64,000 nt of DNA from a candidate division WOR-3 bacterium. GTDB lineage: Bacteria > Hydrothermota > Hydrothermia > JBDRYB01. The stretch's first letter is position 1. Each line of letters starts with the position of its first letter. Location: NCBI GenBank assembly GCA_039803205.1, contig JBDRYB010000003.1:32001-96000 (forward strand), in the 5' to 3' direction. A model generated the notes under the pieces. It was not told the origin of the DNA. It made no database searches and worked only from the letters and a program-made list of their open reading frames with translations. This document shows positions 1 through 10,102 of the stretch, in pieces. The translations under genes and the position numbers were made by a program.

Positions 1-434
1 GGATCAGCCCCCTCTGGCACGGGAACGCAGAGGTTCACTGGAACCGCGACCGTCTCCGCGTGATGGGCGAACTTCGTCCCCCCGCAAGCGACCCTCATGC
101 CTGGCATTATGCCTTCTACGCCCTGGCCTACGCCCACAACGATCCCCGAGAGGCTGTATCCAAGGGGTTTTGGCGACCGGGCTTTCTCGCTGAGCTTCTT
201 GTAAGAGGATACTGCCTTGCCCCGAATTAGGCTTTCCGCGGCTTTGAGGATGAGGGATGGATCTTGCCGAATGCGGCCGACCAGGGTAGGGGAGTGCGCC
301 GCGACCGTGCCCCTTTCGGTCCCTGAGCTCAAGAGAGAATACTCTGTCCTGACGAGAACCTCTCCCGGGCCCAGAAAAGGTTCAGGCACATCCACAACCT
401 CAACCCCCCCTGATCTGACTATGACCTTTCGCAT
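1..434 (-). CDS. Zinc-binding (MDR-type) dehydrogenase / bi-domain oxidoreductase, N-terminal part (runs off window)
   Basis: Manual translation from ATG at 434: MRKVIVRSGGVEVVDVPEPFLGPGEVLVRTEYSLLSSGTE...PLGYSLSGIVVGVG...GMRVACGG..AHHAETVAVPVNLCVPVPEG, a GroES-like MDR N-terminus typical of polysaccharide-locus oxidoreductases. Confidence 0.8.
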   Translation of the reverse strand, partial: MRKVIVRSGGVEVVDVPEPFLGPGEVLVRTEYSLLSSGTERGTVAAHSPTLVGRIRQDPSLILKAAESLIRGKAVSSYKKLSEKARSPKPLGYSLSGIVVGVGQGVEGIMPGMRVACGGTKFAHHAETVAVPVNLCVPVPEGAD

Positions 435-437
435 TCT

Positions 438-1148
438 TCAGAAATACGCGCCAGCGCCGAAATAAAGCCCCCAGAGGTTGGAGTGGGATGTCACGGTATC
501 ATCTCCGAACCTTGCGACCAGGCCCTGGCCCATAAAACCAAGGTTCAGGTATATTGGTTTATAGTGGTAAGAGAGCCCAATCTCTCCCGCGAAGCGCGCT
601 CCTTCGCCCTCATCCGTATCCGTAGTCTGTCCCCAAGGATGATTGACGATCGTCCTCCTCTCCCCAGTAAAATAACCAATAGCTCCCCAGAACTTCGGGG
701 AGAGGGCCATGTGCCGGGGCGGCATCTGATACCCAGCGGAAAAACCCAAGGAGTTCCCGTAGTGCCTGAATGTCAAGTTGCCCCACCACTGCTGGGATTC
801 CCATGTTTCGGAGTGATAGACGAAGAGAAGCCCCAAATAGAAGTCAGAGGGGTAGACCTTCCCTTCAAGCGCGAAATCCATTCTGTCAAGATCGGCCTCA
901 ACCTCTTCCACATCTCCTGTGTTGTGCTTGTGGACCTCCATAGAGGAAAAGCTCCCCGTGAGAAACTCAGCCCCTACGCCGAACATTCCAGAACGAAAGG
1001 AGCCATCAAATCCCCAAAGGGGGCCGGAGACCACTGCCCTGTCGTTGTCCTCCTGGTAAAAGCTCCACTCCGAGGGAACGACCGCTCGGAAGCCCCCTGA
1101 ACCCGAAATCTGAAGAGGGTTCTGTGAGATGATTAAGATAACAAGCAT
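438..1148 (-). CDS. Outer-membrane beta-barrel protein
   Basis: Short hydrophobic N-terminus, alternating amphipathic strands, C-terminal GLYFGAGAYF ending in Phe (BAM-type signal). Confidence 0.65.
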   Translation of the reverse strand: MLVILIISQNPLQISGSGGFRAVVPSEWSFYQEDNDRAVVSGPLWGFDGSFRSGMFGVGAEFLTGSFSSMEVHKHNTGDVEEVEADLDRMDFALEGKVYPSDFYLGLLFVYHSETWESQQWWGNLTFRHYGNSLGFSAGYQMPPRHMALSPKFWGAIGYFTGERRTIVNHPWGQTTDTDEGEGARFAGEIGLSYHYKPIYLNLGFMGQGLVARFGDDTVTSHSNLWGLYFGAGAYF

Positions 1149-1149
1149 C

Positions 1150-1959
1150 TCAACTCTCCTTTGTTATATCCGAGAGCGCGTGAGAGAGCTCTCTGAGCTC
1201 CCTAACGAGGCGCCTGAACCCGGCGAAATCCAAGGCCTGCGGACCGTCAGATAGCGCTTCATCAGGCCTCGGGTGAACCTCAACCATTACCCCGTCCGCG
1301 CCAGCCGCCAGCGCGGCCCTTGCCATTGGTATAACGAGGTTTCTGCGCCCTGTTCCGTGGCTCGGATCAACTATCACTGGGAGGAATGTTTTCTCCTTGA
1401 GCAAGGGCACAGCCGCCAGGTCCAAGAGATTCCTGGTTTCATTATCGAAACCCCTCACCCCTCGCTCGCAGAGGATTATCCTCTTCTCCCCAGAAAGCAT
1501 AACATATTCGGCTGACCAGAGAAACTCCTTCAAGCTTGCCATCATCCCTCTTTTGAGGAGAACGGGCTTGCCCGCCTTGCCCACATCCTCAAGGAGCCTG
1601 TAGTTGAACATGTTTCTAGAGCCGATCTGGAATATATCAATGACCGGGGCCAGGAGGGACATATCCTCACGGGACATGACCTCTGAGACGACCTGGAGCC
1701 CGAACCTTTGTTTTGCCTCCGCTATTATCGGCAGGGCATCCCCTCCAAGGCCCCTGAAAGAATACGGTGATGTCCTCGGCTTGAAGATCCCCGCGCGCAT
1801 TATCCTTATCCCTTCCTCGGAGATAAGCTGAGCTATCTCAATAAGGCTCTCACGGGACTCAACCGCGCACGGTCCGGCTATGACCGTGAAACCCTGGCCG
1901 AGGCTCCATCGGCCCTCGGATGAATGGCCTTTTCCGAGAACAAGCTCCGGTTCCTGCAA
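1150..1959 (-). CDS. aroF: 3-deoxy-7-phosphoheptulonate (DAHP) synthase, class I-beta, without regulatory domain
   Basis: IAGPCAVES, KPRTSPYSF, QIGSRNM, LLKRG, LCERG, VDPSHGTG, SDGPQ motifs. Confidence 0.93.
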   Translation of the reverse strand: MQEPELVLGKGHSSEGRWSLGQGFTVIAGPCAVESRESLIEIAQLISEEGIRIMRAGIFKPRTSPYSFRGLGGDALPIIAEAKQRFGLQVVSEVMSREDMSLLAPVIDIFQIGSRNMFNYRLLEDVGKAGKPVLLKRGMMASLKEFLWSAEYVMLSGEKRIILCERGVRGFDNETRNLLDLAAVPLLKEKTFLPVIVDPSHGTGRRNLVIPMARAALAAGADGVMVEVHPRPDEALSDGPQALDFAGFRRLVRELRELSHALSDITKES

Positions 1960-1992
1960 GAGGAAAATTATAAGGCCGTGCTGGGCGCTAAT

Positions 1993-3114
1993 TCAGCTTC
2001 GCCCAAAGGCAGACCATTTGACCGTATCCCTGAAGCTCGGGGGGAAAAGACCTTTGAATCCAGCCAGCAAGGCTGTCTCTGGGGATATGTAGCGCTCCAG
2101 GATCGCCTCCTCGGCTACCCTCGCTCCGCGAAACAGCTCCTCTATCTGGGAATCGGTGAGGTTTTTTGCCAGGCGCTCAACGGTGTCCCTCATGTCCAGG
2201 TTGATGATGAGCTCACCTGCGCCAGTCTTCATGACCCTCGCGTCCCGGAGAAGGGATGAGTAGACGGTCAAGAATGTCTCTGCGAGGCTCCTGTCTCTCC
2301 CTATGAAAGAGATGACATCAGCGATCGCTTCCCTATCGCCCAAGAGCACCGCGGCCGCTGACTTCCTAAGGAGCTGAGATTGTGGTCCGAGGAAACGTTT
2401 GGCCATGCCTATACTCCCTTCTGATAACCTGTGTAGGACGGGAATTGGGATCTCTCCCCCAAATGGGTAGCGAGAGAAGTCCTCCAGGCTGAGGGTAAAG
2501 AACCTTACCCTCCTTGCTCTGGAGAGTATCGTCGGGAGAATGAGCTTCGGGGACGAGGAGACCATCAGGAATGTGGTCCTGCCTCCCCCTCCCTCTTCAA
2601 GGGTTCTCAGGAATGCGTTCTGGGCCTCAGGTTTCATTGGGTCCATGAGATCGCCGTCAAGAATTACTATGAACCTGTGCTTTGCTTCAAATGGCGGTTT
2701 TTTTGCCTCCTCGCCAATCGCCCTTACTTGGTCTATGGTTATTTTGCTCTGCCAGGAGAAGTCATCGGGCCTTATGTGCGGCCTCCCGTAGAACCGGAGG
2801 GTGTATTCCCTATCCTCCTCCCTTCTGTTCCTCTCCTTATCAAGGCGCTCCTCGTATTCCTTGGGCAGGAGCACCATGAAATCCGGATGCGAGAACGAGA
2901 ACACCCTCTTGCAGTTCGTGCATTCTCGGCAAGGCCTTATCTCCTCGCTCTCGCAGAGCGCCGCAGCAACTACTTCGTGGGCCAGGGTTGCTTTGCCTAC
3001 CCCCAAAGGGCCCTCAAGGAGATACAGCGGGGTGTATGCCTCCTTCTCTATCACATTCGCGAATACCCTCTTCGGATAATCATTACCCAGGGTCCGAAAG
3101 AGTATCTGGGCCAC
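1993..3114 (-). CDS. holB: DNA polymerase III delta-prime subunit
   Basis: GPLGVGKAT P-loop, C..C..C..C zinc module, HPD, AQNAFLRTLEE, LPTILSR motifs. Confidence 0.88.
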   Translation of the reverse strand: MAQILFRTLGNDYPKRVFANVIEKEAYTPLYLLEGPLGVGKATLAHEVVAAALCESEEIRPCRECTNCKRVFSFSHPDFMVLLPKEYEERLDKERNRREEDREYTLRFYGRPHIRPDDFSWQSKITIDQVRAIGEEAKKPPFEAKHRFIVILDGDLMDPMKPEAQNAFLRTLEEGGGGRTTFLMVSSSPKLILPTILSRARRVRFFTLSLEDFSRYPFGGEIPIPVLHRLSEGSIGMAKRFLGPQSQLLRKSAAAVLLGDREAIADVISFIGRDRSLAETFLTVYSSLLRDARVMKTGAGELIINLDMRDTVERLAKNLTDSQIEELFRGARVAEEAILERYISPETALLAGFKGLFPPSFRDTVKWSAFGRS

Positions 3115-3195
3115 CCCAAATTATGGCGCATGCGTGGATACCCGTTCAAGGAATCCTCCTTGCGCACCAGCCCTCTTCGGGATTAAACTTTGCGT

Positions 3196-4101
3196 GTGAA
3201 AGTCTCTCTTCTCGTTCCCGCGTTCAACGAGGAGGAATGCCTTCCCCTCCTCGCGGAGGAGCTCAGGGATTTCATCGAGAGCAAGGGCGTCGCTGGGCAG
3301 ATTGAGTGCATAATAGTTGATGATGGCTCTTCTGACAGGACATACCGTGTCGGGCTTGAGCTGGCGGAGAAATACCCATTTATAAAGGTTGTAAGGCACT
3401 CCGCTAACCTCGGAAAGACTCAAGCCATCATAACCGGCGCGAGACGCGCTGAGGGGGATGTCCTCGTGATATTTGACGCGGACCTTCAATACTCCGTTGA
3501 GGACGCGTGGAGGCTCGCGGAGAGGGTGGCTGAGGGCTGGGACATAGCGGTTGGTTGGAAACAGGGGGATTACCAGAAGAAATTCGTCTCCTGGGTCTAC
3601 AACAGGCTCTCGCGGTGGCTCTTCTCCCTTCCGATACACGACATGAATTCAATGAAGGCAGTAAGGGCCGAGGTATTTCCGCACCTGGGCCTCAGGAGGG
3701 ACTGGCACAGGTATATGGTTCCTCTGGCGGTTGAGAAGGGTTTTACCGTGACAGAGGAGAAGGTGACCCTGAGGCCGCGCGCGGCCGGAAAGAGCAAATA
3801 CACGGGGTTCTGGCGCATAATCGTGGGTTTCGCTGACCTCCTCGCGGTTAAGTTCCAACTGACCATAATGCGCAAGCCCCTTCTTTATCTGGGAACGGCC
3901 GGGTTCGTTTCCGGCCTCACAGGGGTCGCAGTGGGCATCGCGGCTATCCTGATAAGATACATCGCCGGAATAGGCTACAGGCCCGTCCTCTACCTGGTTA
4001 TCCTGCTCGTTATATCCGGCCTCCTCTTGATAAGCATGGGCCTCGTTGGCGAGCTGGTTGCCGGGATCCAGGACCAGCTTGAGGCAAGGAACAGACCGTG
4101 A
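3196..4101 (+). CDS. Glycosyltransferase family 2 (polyprenol-phosphate glycosyltransferase, ArnC/DPM1-like)
   Basis: VPAFNEEE, VDDGSSD, DADLQ motifs and two C-terminal TM helices; GTG 3196 chosen over TTG 3190 because TAAACT lies 6 nt upstream. Confidence 0.9.
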   Translation: MKVSLLVPAFNEEECLPLLAEELRDFIESKGVAGQIECIIVDDGSSDRTYRVGLELAEKYPFIKVVRHSANLGKTQAIITGARRAEGDVLVIFDADLQYSVEDAWRLAERVAEGWDIAVGWKQGDYQKKFVSWVYNRLSRWLFSLPIHDMNSMKAVRAEVFPHLGLRRDWHRYMVPLAVEKGFTVTEEKVTLRPRAAGKSKYTGFWRIIVGFADLLAVKFQLTIMRKPLLYLGTAGFVSGLTGVAVGIAAILIRYIAGIGYRPVLYLVILLVISGLLLISMGLVGELVAGIQDQLEARNRP

Positions 4102-4129
4102 TCATCTGCTCTCCAGGCCCACGGACCAA

Positions 4130-5065
4130 ATGACCCTCCGCATCCTCCTCGCCCTTATCCTTCTTATCGTTCTTTTTGCCCTCGAGATCCTTCTCGGCCC
4201 CGGCGGGTTTCCGGATGGCCCTCTTTTTACCATCAGGCTCACGAGGGCACTTTTGGCCCTTTTTGTGGGAGCAAGCCTCTCGGTGTCGGGCTCGGCTTTG
4301 CAATCCCTTTTCCAGAACCCGCTTGCGGATCCGTATGTCCTTGGGACCGCTTCAGGCGCGGCTCTGGGATATGCTCTGGGGTTCTTCTTCGGCTTCAAAA
4401 ACCCCGGCGCCCTTTCTCTGCCAGCCGCGGGTGGCGCGGTTGGCTCGCTCTTCGTTGTCTATGCCCTCTCGTCTGTGCGTGGCAAACTATCGGGGACCAG
4501 AATGCTCCTTTCTGGGGTGATGGTTGGGTTTTTCGCGTCCGGTTTGGTTGCTGTTCTCATGATCCTGGCCAAGGCAGAGGCAATAAGGACCTTCTATGTG
4601 CTCTGGGGAAACCTCGGCGTTGTGATAACCCGCGGGGATGTTCCTTGGCTTGTGGCCATGGCCGCCGCGATCATCGCTGGGACGACCGCTCTTGTGATTC
4701 TCTCCAGAGAGCTGGATGCCCTGAGCCTCGGCGAGACAGAGGCTCTCTCTTTGGGGGTGAATGTCCAGGCTCTCAAAACGGCCGTCTTCATCACAACAGG
4801 CGTGATTGTCGGTATAGCGACATCCGTGGTTGGCGCGGTTGGCTTTGTTGGGCTTGTTGTCCCACATGCGGTGAGGAGGCTCCTTTCCCCCAGACACTCG
4901 GTCCTCCTCCCAGGCTCGGCTGTGGGCGGCGCGGCCCTGGTTCTCTCCTCCGATCTCCTCTTGCGGCTTCTTGGCTTTTATCAGCTTCCTGTTGGGGTGA
5001 TAACCAGCCTGGTCGGCGTTCCCTTCTTCCTATACATAATGAGGGCGAAGGCAGGAGAGAGCTGA
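4130..5065 (+). CDS. FecCD/BtuC-family iron/cobalamin ABC transporter permease
   Basis: QSLFQNPLADPYVLG, LGETEALSLGV (EAA loop), GFVGLVVPH, LPVGVITSLVGVPFF; start trimmed to ATG 4130. Confidence 0.9.
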   Translation: MTLRILLALILLIVLFALEILLGPGGFPDGPLFTIRLTRALLALFVGASLSVSGSALQSLFQNPLADPYVLGTASGAALGYALGFFFGFKNPGALSLPAAGGAVGSLFVVYALSSVRGKLSGTRMLLSGVMVGFFASGLVAVLMILAKAEAIRTFYVLWGNLGVVITRGDVPWLVAMAAAIIAGTTALVILSRELDALSLGETEALSLGVNVQALKTAVFITTGVIVGIATSVVGAVGFVGLVVPHAVRRLLSPRHSVLLPGSAVGGAALVLSSDLLLRLLGFYQLPVGVITSLVGVPFFLYIMRAKAGES

Positions 5066-5150
5066 ACCTTGCCCTCGCGCTGTCAACGGCTCCATAATTT
5101 CGGAGTGATGGGGATCTTCCCTATAAATCCACGAATCTTCCGACCCTTAT

Positions 5151-5597
5151 ATGGATAATCAAACCGTTTTCATGTCCCTGGCTCTTGAGGAGGCCAGAAA
5201 GGCCCTCTCGGAGGGAGAGGTTCCAGTAGGTTGCGTTATCGTTATTCATGGCGAGGTCATTGCCCGCGCCCACAACAGAACAGAATCCCTCCGAGACCCG
5301 ACCGCTCACGCGGAGATGCTCGCATTGCGAGAAGCGGCTGAAAGGCTTGGGGATTGGCGGCTTGAGGGTGCCAGCGTCTATGTCACCCTTGAGCCGTGCG
5401 TTATGTGCGCGGGCGCGCTGGTTCTGGCAAGAGTAAAGGAGGTGGTTTACGCGGCAGAGGACGAAAGGTTCGGCGCCATGAGCCTCTACGGCTTGCCTTC
5501 GGATCCCAGGTTGAACCACAGGTTTAGGCTGATAAAGGGCCCCTTGGGGGATGAGGCGCTGGAGGTCCTCAGAGGGTTCTTCCTAACGAGGAGATGA
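5151..5597 (+). CDS. tadA: tRNA adenosine(34) deaminase
   Basis: EVPVG, AHAE, TLEPCVMC, LNH motifs. Confidence 0.92.
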   Translation: MDNQTVFMSLALEEARKALSEGEVPVGCVIVIHGEVIARAHNRTESLRDPTAHAEMLALREAAERLGDWRLEGASVYVTLEPCVMCAGALVLARVKEVVYAAEDERFGAMSLYGLPSDPRLNHRFRLIKGPLGDEALEVLRGFFLTRR

Positions 5598-6882
5598 TCT
5601 CATCCAACTCCCTCTTCGCCCTCTCGGCTATGAACTCTCTTCTCGTTTTGCCCCTGAGGCCCTCCGGGACATCCCTGAAGAGGGCTATGTGCAGGTTCGT
5701 GGGCTGGTAATTCTCGGTGGGTGCGGCGGTTATCGCCCTGAAGAGCGTTCCTATTCCAGTATGGGCTGGGAATTCCAGAGCCTCCTCCCCTTTGGCGAGC
5801 CTCGCCGCGTTCAGGCCCGCCAGAAGCCCCCCTGCCGCGGCCTCCATGTATCCCTCTGTTCCAGAGAGCTGGCCGGCTACGAATATACCTGGTTTCGCTA
5901 TAAGCTCCAGGGTTGGTTTAAGTAGCGCTGGCGCGTTCAGGTAAGTGTTCCTGTGAACCGCGCCATATCTCAGGAATTCAGCCCTCTCAAGGCCCGGTAT
6001 CATCCTGAAAACCCTCTCCTGCTCAGGTATTCTCAGCTGGGTCTGGAATCCGACCAAAGAGAAGGCCGTGCGTTCAGCGTTCTCCGGCCTCAACTGCACG
6101 GCCGCGTATGGCTCCTTTCCTGTTGCGGGGTCCTTAAGGCCTGATGGCCTCATGGGGCCGTATATAAGGGTCTCTGGCCCTCGAGCGGCCATCACCTCTA
6201 TGGGAAGGCACCCTTCAAAGTATGGTATTCTCTCGTCAAAATGGGGCCTGTGGGTCTCGGCTGAGATGAGGGCCTCGTAAAACCTCGTGTATTCCTCTTT
6301 TGTCATGGGGGCATTGAGATATGCCTCCTGTTCCCAGCCGTGCCTGTCTGCCCAGAACATCCTGGAGAACTCCAGGCTCTCTCCGGAAACGATGGGGCTC
6401 AGCGCGTCGTAAAAATAGAGGAATTCCTGGCCTATGAGCTTGCTCATGGATTTGGCGAGCGCGTCAGATGTCAGCGGTCCTGTTGCTATTATCGCTATGG
6501 GTTCAGGCACATCCCGAACCTCCTCCCTCCTTATCTCAACATTCGGGTGATCCTCAAGCGCTTTGGTTATGTAGCTGGCAAAAGCCTTCCTATCAACGAC
6601 CAAGGCCTTCCCTCCCGGAATCGCGGATCGCTCCGCGGCCTCCATTATCAAAGAACCTAGCCGTTTCAACTCCTCTTTCAATATCCCTTGAGCCGAGAGG
6701 ATGTCCTTTGATTTAAGGGAATTGGAGCAGACAAGCTCCCCGAGGAGACCCGAGGAATGCGCGGGGGTCATCCTTCTGGGCCTCATCTCGTAAAGGATGG
6801 CCCTGATGCCTTGATTGGCGATTGTCCAAGCGGCCTCTGAGCCGGCAAGGCCTCCTCCGATGACCTTTACCCTTAGAGCCAT
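5569..6882 (-). CDS. trmFO: Methylenetetrahydrofolate--tRNA-(uracil-54) methyltransferase
   Basis: GGGLAGSEAA, ELVCSNSL, FEGCLPIE, VGFQT, HRNTY, AGQLSGTEGY motifs. Confidence 0.95.
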   Translation of the reverse strand: MALRVKVIGGGLAGSEAAWTIANQGIRAILYEMRPRRMTPAHSSGLLGELVCSNSLKSKDILSAQGILKEELKRLGSLIMEAAERSAIPGGKALVVDRKAFASYITKALEDHPNVEIRREEVRDVPEPIAIIATGPLTSDALAKSMSKLIGQEFLYFYDALSPIVSGESLEFSRMFWADRHGWEQEAYLNAPMTKEEYTRFYEALISAETHRPHFDERIPYFEGCLPIEVMAARGPETLIYGPMRPSGLKDPATGKEPYAAVQLRPENAERTAFSLVGFQTQLRIPEQERVFRMIPGLERAEFLRYGAVHRNTYLNAPALLKPTLELIAKPGIFVAGQLSGTEGYMEAAAGGLLAGLNAARLAKGEEALEFPAHTGIGTLFRAITAAPTENYQPTNLHIALFRDVPEGLRGKTRREFIAERAKRELDEIISSLGRTL

Positions 6883-6904
6883 TGTCCCTCAGTCTATGGC
6901 CGCG

Positions 6905-7159
6905 TTACTTTGATCCCCTCCAGAATTCCCTGAGCTTTCCGAAGGCCCCCTCAAGCCCCTCCGGCGCCGGTTTTTTCCCCGCGAAGATCTCCAAGATGCT
7001 TATGTCGTCAAGCTCAAGCAGGAGCTCAAATCCTACAAGCTCATCCTCGCTCATTTCCGGAGACACCCGCTCTGCAAATGGTCTCAGTAGTTCCTCGGCC
7101 TCAAGCTTTGAGCGCCTTGAAGCCCTGTATAGGATGCGGCGTTGACGCTCGCTGAGCAA
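6905..7159 (-). CDS. SdhE/Sdh5-like flavinylation assembly factor
   Basis: 84 aa, RRILYRASRRSKLEAEELL...FELLLELDD pattern resembles SdhE; RGxxE motif reads RSxxE. Confidence 0.6.
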   Translation of the reverse strand: MLSERQRRILYRASRRSKLEAEELLRPFAERVSPEMSEDELVGFELLLELDDISILEIFAGKKPAPEGLEGAFGKLREFWRGSK

Positions 7160-7165
7160 AGGTCC

Positions 7166-8773
7166 CTATTTGCCCCCCTTGCCCTTGCTACCCTTGGGTT
7201 TATCAGGCTCTTTTGGCTTCTTCCACGCCTTTGCGACCTCAAACACATTCAGATAGACCTTACCATCCGCAACCGCGTTGAAAGCGATGTATTTGCCATC
7301 GTGAGACAAGAGCATCCTGTCAAAAACGAAGTCATATTCCCCCTCAAGGGGTTTGCCGTCAACAACCACGAACTCCCTGTCGTTCTCTGGGTTCTGTGCT
7401 GTAAAGGAGAAATGCCTCCCCTCAGGGGATATGTTCAGGCTCTGTGGGAATATGTTATCGTAGCGCTCGGATTCCTTGTCGTTGCAAACCCCGAATACCT
7501 TGCCGGCCTCATAAGCGCCCTCGTTCCACTCGCCCCCCTCGGAAGCCAGAAAAGCAAACCCTATTGTATCCCCGAAGATAAGGGTCGTGGTGTTGATGTC
7601 CTCGTAGTCCTTGCTCACATTTCCCTTGTTGGGTATAACCGTGTATTTGCCGCCGGAATAGTAACCAGATGGGTCCCAGCGCCCGCCGGTTGAAACCACA
7701 TAGGCGTAGAGATCGCCCTTCTTTGAAACAACCGGATTGCTGATGTAGTTGTATGGTCCTATCCTCCTCTTGTTCTGGATGATGTAATAATCCCCTCCAA
7801 TGTAATTCTCCTCCTCCCAGTGCCCTCCCTCGCCAGCCACATACGCGACGGTTCCTGTTTTTGTCACCACGAGCCCCTTGACGAAGTCATGTTTCTTGCC
7901 TTCAGATTCGCCCGTGACGAGGAAATAGGTTCCGCCCACATAGTAGTTGTTCTGGTCCCATGCGCCGCCCGTGCCAGCGAGATAGAATATTGTGCCATCG
8001 GGGCCAAAGGAGATCTCCATCACCACAGGATACCTTTTCTTTGCTGGCTTGCCGTCAACAACCACAACACGCTCCCCGCCCATGTATTCGTTTCCAATCC
8101 ACTTTCCCTTTGAGCCCGCTATGTAGGCGAGGTGTTTTCCATCCGGAGAATATGTGAGACCGAAAAGCCAGTCGTATTTCTTATCCTCCTTCGCGCCCCT
8201 AACCACGAACATCTTGCCGCCCCTATAAGAACCATCCATGTTCCATTTCCCACCCTTGGAAGCCACATAGCTGATCTCAGAGCCGTCTGGAGAGAGCGTT
8301 AGGTTGTAGACATGGTCATACTCCTTGCCGGCCTTCCCGTCGTAGAAGACCGAGTATTTCCCGCCGTAGTAGTATCCCTCGTCGTTCCAGCTCCCGCCCT
8401 TGCCTATCTTGAAAGCGTAGTGCTCGCCATCCTCGGAGAGCACATACTCTCCTACATATTCATACGGGCCATAGGCCTTTGAGCCGAGCACGAAGAACAT
8501 CTTGTTGCTGTCATCCATGGCCACATAGGCAAGGTTCCCATCCGGGGCAAACCTCAGGTCCCATATGCTCGCGTAGGTTGCCTTTTCCTCGCCGTTCACT
8601 ATGAGCCTCATTTTGCCATCGTAGTAGGAGTATACCGAAACGGCAATCTGAGTCAGATCATCGGATTGCACCACTTCCGATATCTCCCCATCCGGGGCCT
8701 CCATCAGCGCGGTCTGGCCCAGCTTGTCCATGGGGAAGGCCGCGAACAGAGTGATAGCTATGAAGTTGTTCAT
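7166..8773 (-). CDS. Secreted WD40/PD40-like beta-propeller repeat protein
   Basis: Hydrophobic N-terminus, repeated SPDG..LAY(V/I)A..GG.W....Y.GGK units, Lys-rich tail; GGAGG RBS. Confidence 0.7.
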   Translation of the reverse strand: MNNFIAITLFAAFPMDKLGQTALMEAPDGEISEVVQSDDLTQIAVSVYSYYDGKMRLIVNGEEKATYASIWDLRFAPDGNLAYVAMDDSNKMFFVLGSKAYGPYEYVGEYVLSEDGEHYAFKIGKGGSWNDEGYYYGGKYSVFYDGKAGKEYDHVYNLTLSPDGSEISYVASKGGKWNMDGSYRGGKMFVVRGAKEDKKYDWLFGLTYSPDGKHLAYIAGSKGKWIGNEYMGGERVVVVDGKPAKKRYPVVMEISFGPDGTIFYLAGTGGAWDQNNYYVGGTYFLVTGESEGKKHDFVKGLVVTKTGTVAYVAGEGGHWEEENYIGGDYYIIQNKRRIGPYNYISNPVVSKKGDLYAYVVSTGGRWDPSGYYSGGKYTVIPNKGNVSKDYEDINTTTLIFGDTIGFAFLASEGGEWNEGAYEAGKVFGVCNDKESERYDNIFPQSLNISPEGRHFSFTAQNPENDREFVVVDGKPLEGEYDFVFDRMLLSHDGKYIAFNAVADGKVYLNVFEVAKAWKKPKEPDKPKGSKGKGGK

Positions 8774-8940
8774 GATTCCTCCGAACTCTTTGATATTATA
8801 AACCTCCCCTTTGGATGCCTACCACCATTCGCGCTCAGAGACAAATGTGGATTAGCTGGGGACTTGGCCCAATTTGAGGGGTCCCGGAAGGAGGAGATGT
8901 GGACACTATGCTATGGCGCACTATTGCCCTTGGAGGAGAC

Positions 8941-10041
8941 ATGCTTAATTTATTCGGCAAAAAGAGAAAAAAGAAGGGCCTGGGTTGGCTGAAGATCTTC
9001 TCCTTCCGGCTCACCGAGAGGGACAAGGACAACCCCTCTGAGCTCATAGATGGATACGAGGGCTTTATATTCGCGTGCGTGAACATCATCGCTTCCCGGG
9101 TCGCGGGCGCGAGGATGAGGCTCTTCGTGAGGGAGGGCGATTCCGAGAGGGAGATAGATGAGCATCCCCTCTTGGAGCTTCTGAGGGAGCCTAACCCCTA
9201 CATGACCCAATACTCTTTCCTATACCTGACCCAGGCCTGGATGGAGCTTGCGGGCAACGCTTATTGGGTAAGGGTCGGTCAGGAGCTCTGGCCACTTCCT
9301 CCCCAGTGGGTCAGGGTCGTTCCCGGCCCGTGGCCGAGGGTCATAGACGGATACATCTACAGCCCTCCCTGGGTCTCCGAGCCAATGGCGTTCTCAGACG
9401 GGGAGGTGATTCACTTCAAGCGCCCGAACCCGCAGGACCCATTTTATTACGGCGCTTCAACCCTCAGAGCGGCTTTCGGCGAGACCGAGTTCTGGCGGCT
9501 TGCTGGAGAATACAGGGCAAAACGCCTTGAGAACGGAGGGGTTCCCCCAGCCGCTATGATAATATCCGAGGAGGCCAACCCTGGGGACATAGACAGGATA
9601 AGGGCGGAGTTTGAGCGCCTTCACAGGGGAACGGCTAACGCAGGGAGGCCGGCCATTCTCCCGCCCGGAACGGATGTTAGGCTCCTGGAGGTCCCGGCTA
9701 TAGACAAGGAGTTCGCGGAGGCCCTCAGGCTCACGAGGGAAAACATCCTCGCCATATTCGGCGTTCCGGGTTCAAAGCTGGGACTGGTTCAGGATGTCAA
9801 TAGGGCGAACGCGGAGGCAAACGACCTCACATTCCTCAACGAGGTCATAAGGCCCCGCCTCCGGTTCCTTGAGGACATACTGAACTCTGAGATAACATAT
9901 CTCTTTGGGGATTCGCTCCTCTTGCGCTTTGATGACCCCCTCCCCAGGGACTGGGAGTTCACGCTCAGAAAGGTTGAGACCCTGGTCACCCTTGGGGTTA
10001 TGAGCGTAGACGAGGCGAGGAGGGAAATGGAGCTGGAGTAG
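8941..10041 (+). CDS. Phage portal protein, HK97 family
   Basis: FACVNIIASRVA, HPLLELLREPNPYMT, LAGNAY, LWPLPP, EVIHFK, G..NAGRPAIL, IFGVP, MSVDEARR motifs; start set to ATG 8941 after GGAGG. Confidence 0.9.
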   Translation: MLNLFGKKRKKKGLGWLKIFSFRLTERDKDNPSELIDGYEGFIFACVNIIASRVAGARMRLFVREGDSEREIDEHPLLELLREPNPYMTQYSFLYLTQAWMELAGNAYWVRVGQELWPLPPQWVRVVPGPWPRVIDGYIYSPPWVSEPMAFSDGEVIHFKRPNPQDPFYYGASTLRAAFGETEFWRLAGEYRAKRLENGGVPPAAMIISEEANPGDIDRIRAEFERLHRGTANAGRPAILPPGTDVRLLEVPAIDKEFAEALRLTRENILAIFGVPGSKLGLVQDVNRANAEANDLTFLNEVIRPRLRFLEDILNSEITYLFGDSLLLRFDDPLPRDWEFTLRKVETLVTLGVMSVDEARREMELE

Positions 10042-10102
10042 GAATTAAAAGCGCGAATCGTGTTAACTTTGTGTCAGATCTGCTTGTATTGTATATCAAG
10101 CT

